Below, one piece after another: positions 62,641-64,000 of a stretch of DNA of 64,000 bases. The position numbers and the translations under genes are program-made. Source of the stretch: Azolla caroliniana (taxonomy: Eukaryota > Plantae > Polypodiophyta); contig JBHGNT010000003.1 of NCBI GenBank assembly GCA_043228905.1, positions 10,726,001-10,790,000 of the forward strand. The letters run 5' to 3'. Under the pieces are notes generated by a model. That model made no database searches. It was not told where the DNA came from and saw only the letters and a list, made by a program, of their open reading frames with translations. Position 1 is the stretch's first letter. Every line of letters starts with the position of its first letter.

Positions 62641-63353
62641 AGCGGCAAGGGTGCTCGCCATAAGGATGGTAGAGTCTAGTTATGCATTGCAAGGTAGGAA
62701 CATGAATAGGGAGAAGCAACAAATTGAGAATGTGGTGCGAAGGAAAAGAGGAGACATGTTGAAAGGAATAGGGAAACATATTAATGGTGGCGATAGCAGG
62801 ATATGTAAGGAACCAATCAATCTAACGAACAAGGTGGGGTGGTTAGAAGAGGAGGTTAGGGATCATCCCAACAACAAGGCGGAGGCTATCTACAAAGTCA
62901 ATTGTATAGAGGATCCGTAACTGTGGGGAGAGGCGGAGGTTTGGAATAAAGAGGGTGGGAAGCAGGCAACTTGGGGAGATCACCTCAACCATGCATTATG
63001 GCATACAGTGAGTGATGGAGTAGCTGAGAGGCAATGGGGGCCTCAAGGAGGGTCGTCACAGGAGTTTGACTATGTTGTGGCGTTTGAAGCCACGACATGT
63101 TGTAAGTAGAAAATTTTCTACAAGAATGTGGTCAAGTGCATAATGTGTGCTCAAGATGGGGTCATACCAAGGAACATAGTCAATTGCAGAGAGGATTCGC
63201 GAGTGTGGGGAGAGGCAGAGGTTTGGAATAAAGAGGGTGCAAAGCAGGCAGTTGAGGTGGATCATCCCAACCATGCATTATGGCATACGGTGAGTGAGGG
63301 AGTAGTTGAGAAGCAGTGGGGGCCGCAAGGAGGGTCATCACAGGAGTTGGACT

Positions 63354-64000
63354 TGTTGAGGATCGACCGGACACAACCGCTTACATGTTCCTTTCCGGGT
63401 GCATAAGAAACAAACAGGGTAATACGCAGACAGAAAACGAGAAGGCAAAAAGATAAGTACAGAGACACAAGGTGTTTTATGTGGAAAACCCGGAAGGGAA
63501 AAAAACCACAGGGGTCCACAAACCCCAAAAAATAGAATCACTAAGTAGAGAGAGGAATACAAGGAGACTCACAGGCACCAACCTCGAGCTCGTCTTCGTC
63601 TAACATACGACGGCTAAGTTACAACTCACACACTCTCTCTCACACTCTTCCTTTCCCTAGTTACAGAGGCAACCACTCACTATAACTTCTTACAACTATA
63701 ATTATTCACACTACTTTACTAAAGTTTGCCCTAGTTGTATTTATACTTATACAACTTTATGGCTATTTACATACATAGCCCACATGGGGCACATTTCGAC
63801 TATTTACAAATATAGTCTCCTGAGTTGGCTATATCCTCGATTTTGGTTTCGGCCTCAACCGAGTTACTCATCAACTAGGCTCTTCTCTTCCAATCCGGAG
63901 GGACCTGTTTCCCAAAAAACTCCCCCTTCACTCCGGCATGGGGCACTTCACCAAACTGACTCTCTATCGGCACGCGTTTACCTTTTCGGCTGACAACACC
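63354..64000 (-). mobile_element. 3' LTR, PPT and pol end of a copia family C relative
   Basis: LTR ~63354-63917 resembles 32889-33476, followed by the same AACTCCCCCTTCACTCCGGCATGGGG PPT/pol end. Confidence 0.82.

Noticed and set aside
62920-63352. ~150-bp direct repeat and short ORFs near the window end
   Set aside because: Looks like a decayed repeat fragment. No recognisable domain to support a call.

Overview
Repeat-dense eukaryotic DNA from a land plant, probably a fern or other non-seed plant (inferred from a PLS-type PPR remnant, a CFL1-like gene and the TE families present). About 50 kb is a nested pile of transposable elements: several Ty1/copia families (full-length, three-LTR tandem and rearranged copies), Ty3/gypsy fragments and solo LTRs, an endonuclease-less Penelope-like element with a degenerate hammerhead ribozyme, and an L1 tail. 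One apparently intact host gene (WW domain plus Cys4 zinc ribbon, CFL1-like, 54342-55766) and a PPR pseudogene follow. The stand-out is a complete 7,633-bp cut-and-paste DNA transposon (30-7662) with perfect 33-bp TIRs and a 4-bp TSD (TTGC), inserted in a copia pol gene. It carries a Sola-like DDD transposase and, divergently, an intron-containing gene for a ParB/Srx-like domain fused to a prokaryote-type beta-class N6-adenine/N4-cytosine DNA methyltransferase (DIPY ... DLFSGTGTT), with tandem palindromes in its first intron. This copy has premature stops. All family assignments are by eye from motifs; no database searches were run.
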